A stretch of DNA of 64,000 nt from Mustelus asterias (taxonomy: Eukaryota). The stretch is taken from NCBI RefSeq assembly GCF_964213995.1, contig NC_135803.1, positions 116,746,001-116,810,000 on the forward strand, read 5' to 3'. Under the pieces are notes generated by a model that did no database searches, was not told the DNA's origin, and saw only the letters and a program-made list of their open reading frames with translations. Positions 62,055 through 64,000 of this stretch are shown here, piece by piece. Made by a program: the position numbers and the translations under genes. Positions within the stretch are counted from its first letter, which is position 1. Every line of letters starts with the position of its first letter.

Positions 62055-62405
62055 AGAAATCATAGAAATCATAGAAACACTACAGTGCAGAAGGAGGCCA
62101 TTTGGCCCATCGAGTCTGCACCGACCACAATCCCACCCAGGCCCTACCCAAACATATCCACATATTTACCCGCTAATCCCTCTAACCTACGCATCTCAGG
62201 ACTCTAAGGGGCAATTTTTTACCTGGCCAATCAACCTAACCCGCACATCTTTGGACTGTGGGAGGAAACTGGAGCACCCGGAGGAAACCCACGCAGACAC
62301 GAGGAGAATGTGCAAATTCCACACAGACAGTGACCCGAGCCGGGAATCGAACCCAGGTCCCTGGAGCTGTGAAGCAGCAGTGCTAACCACTGTGCTACCG
62401 TGCCA
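62055..62405 (-). mobile_element. HE1/V-SINE-type SINE, young subfamily, in an ARL6IP5 intron
   Basis: Full length; aattag is duplicated on both flanks. Confidence 0.9.
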
Positions 62406-62852
62406 CAATTAGTGATTGTATATCACTGGAATGGACCAAGGACATGAAGTAGTACTACATTAATTCATTTTCTGACAAACCTACCCAATTTAGAAATAGA
62501 TTATTCTTATTACATTTGCTCTTTCAGTCATTTGGATTGTCAGAAAGGGAGGAAAATAAGACAAAAAGTCATAGTCAAGTCCTATATCCTTTCTTCATCC
62601 AAGAATGAACAATGATGATTAATGGGGTTCCTGTTTCTGACTGCTGTCCATTAAATTTGTGTTAACACTTCTGCTGAAGCTCAAGATCAGCTGACTCAGC
62701 ACTGAGCATAAAGCAACATCATCCTGGTTCACAGCGAGTAGTGGCATATACTAACAAACCTATTAGGGGCTGCAGTCTATATATTTTTTTGCACACGGAT
62801 GTGTTTTGGCCTGTGTTTAATCATTTACACATTTGATGGAAACATTACTTAC

Positions 62853-63070
62853 AAAGTAAGGGTAAAGTGATTCCAAACAAGAAAACCATCACTCCACCAA
62901 TGATGGAAATTAAAAAGTAGCTCATCAGCAAGATGGTGAAGACAAACATAACTGGGTAACGACGCTTGAAATGACCGACAGCCGCCTTATTTTCAGAAGC
63001 CCACATGGAACCCATGAACATCAGTACCACCACTGCTCCACCTAGGATGATCTCCAGGGGACTCATAAAC
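62853..63070 (-). CDS. ARL6IP5: PRA1 family protein 3, exon 2 (218 nt, transmembrane region); exon 1 lies beyond the window
   Basis: (G)FMSPLEIILGGAVVVLMFMGSMWASENKAAVGHFKRRYP...GGVMVFLFGITLPLL; acceptor at 63072-63071, donor GTAAGT at 62852. Confidence 0.93.
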
Positions 63071-64000
63071 CTGTCAACAAAAGAAAAAAGTTAATCAGCA
63101 AGGTAGGTTGGCAGCAGTTCAAAGTTCAATTCTGCACAGGAAATTCAAGCTACCCAGGGAATTTCAAAAAAAGAGAACAAGAATACCCTTTGTAAAAGTG
63201 AATATTTCAGTTCAAGAGATGAAATTGGAGGTTTAAGTGTATATTAATATTTCTTGGATATCCATAATTCAGAAGCAATTCTCAGCTTTATGTTTGCAAA
63301 ATTCAAAATAATAGTTTATCCTAAAAGTGCTTTGGTCAGAGCAGCAGAGTAGGAGGGAGAGGAAAAGGAAACAGATGCAGTTAGTAAAAGGAAGCTTAGG
63401 AGAAGAGAAAGATAATGGCTTTGGTAATATATTACAGTAGTTGACAAATGCAACATAGGATTCCCAAGATAAGCAGCTTCAATTATAGAAGTTATTAAAT
63501 CACATGTTCCATAGCTACATAACATTTTGCACAGAACATGCTACAAACAGGCAGAACAAGGATTAAAATCTAGAATTTTGCAGTTAAATATTCTGTATTC
63601 ATCCATGTGATGGATGTTGGCCAGAGTCAGGTACACAGACCAGCTGCTAATAATGCCAAAACATAGCCAAGCGGATATAAACACCCATTTCAACACTGAA
63701 TAAACCAACCTCCTCTTTCAAAGCTTCATCTAATTACTTTGAGTACATCAAATACTTTGGTGCATCTCTTCATCATTAACCAGCATGCACATAAATAGCT
63801 AGCTCGCTAATTATACTCTGGCAAGACAGAGCTGCTCGTCCCCATCAAGAACAACTGTGAAATAGTTGGAGGACTTAAAATTAGACTGCCCATTTATTAG
63901 GCAAATTCTACTTTTCTCCCTGAATTGTGTACATCAAAGCTAAGGTAGGGACATGGCCTGTTTACTCTGCACAATGACATTTTCTCATCTCTTTGATATA

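Overview
Repeat-rich vertebrate genomic DNA, almost certainly from a shark or other elasmobranch (HE1/V-SINE-type SINEs, CR1-group LINEs, Penelope-like elements). Two host genes can be read directly. LMOD3 is complete on the + strand (coding exons 46163-46450, 47529-48971, 57512-57538; 585 aa). ARL6IP5/PRAF3 exons 2-3 lie on the - strand (62853-63070, 61591-61766), tail-to-tail with LMOD3 as in mammals. The ~45 kb upstream of LMOD3 is a nested transposon landscape: a young full-length Gypsy element (25324-30069, 318-bp LTRs, GTAGC TSD), a truncated Penelope-like element, a Penelope pLTR palindrome, many CR1 and Rex1-like fragments, Harbinger-like MITEs and an H2B-derived ORF. The most unusual signals are: (1) a TSD-flanked retroposed chimera of a full initiator tRNA-Met plus trailer fused to a Tx1-type LINE 3' end, a candidate new SINE; (2) a Gypsy element with no tRNA primer-binding site but a perfect 15-nt self-complementary match to the LTR poly(A)-signal region, suggesting self-priming, and a YLDN RT motif; (3) minimal hammerhead-ribozyme motifs in Penelope pLTRs, including a 239-bp-arm palindrome. 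All calls were made by eye, and coordinates of degenerate repeats are approximate.
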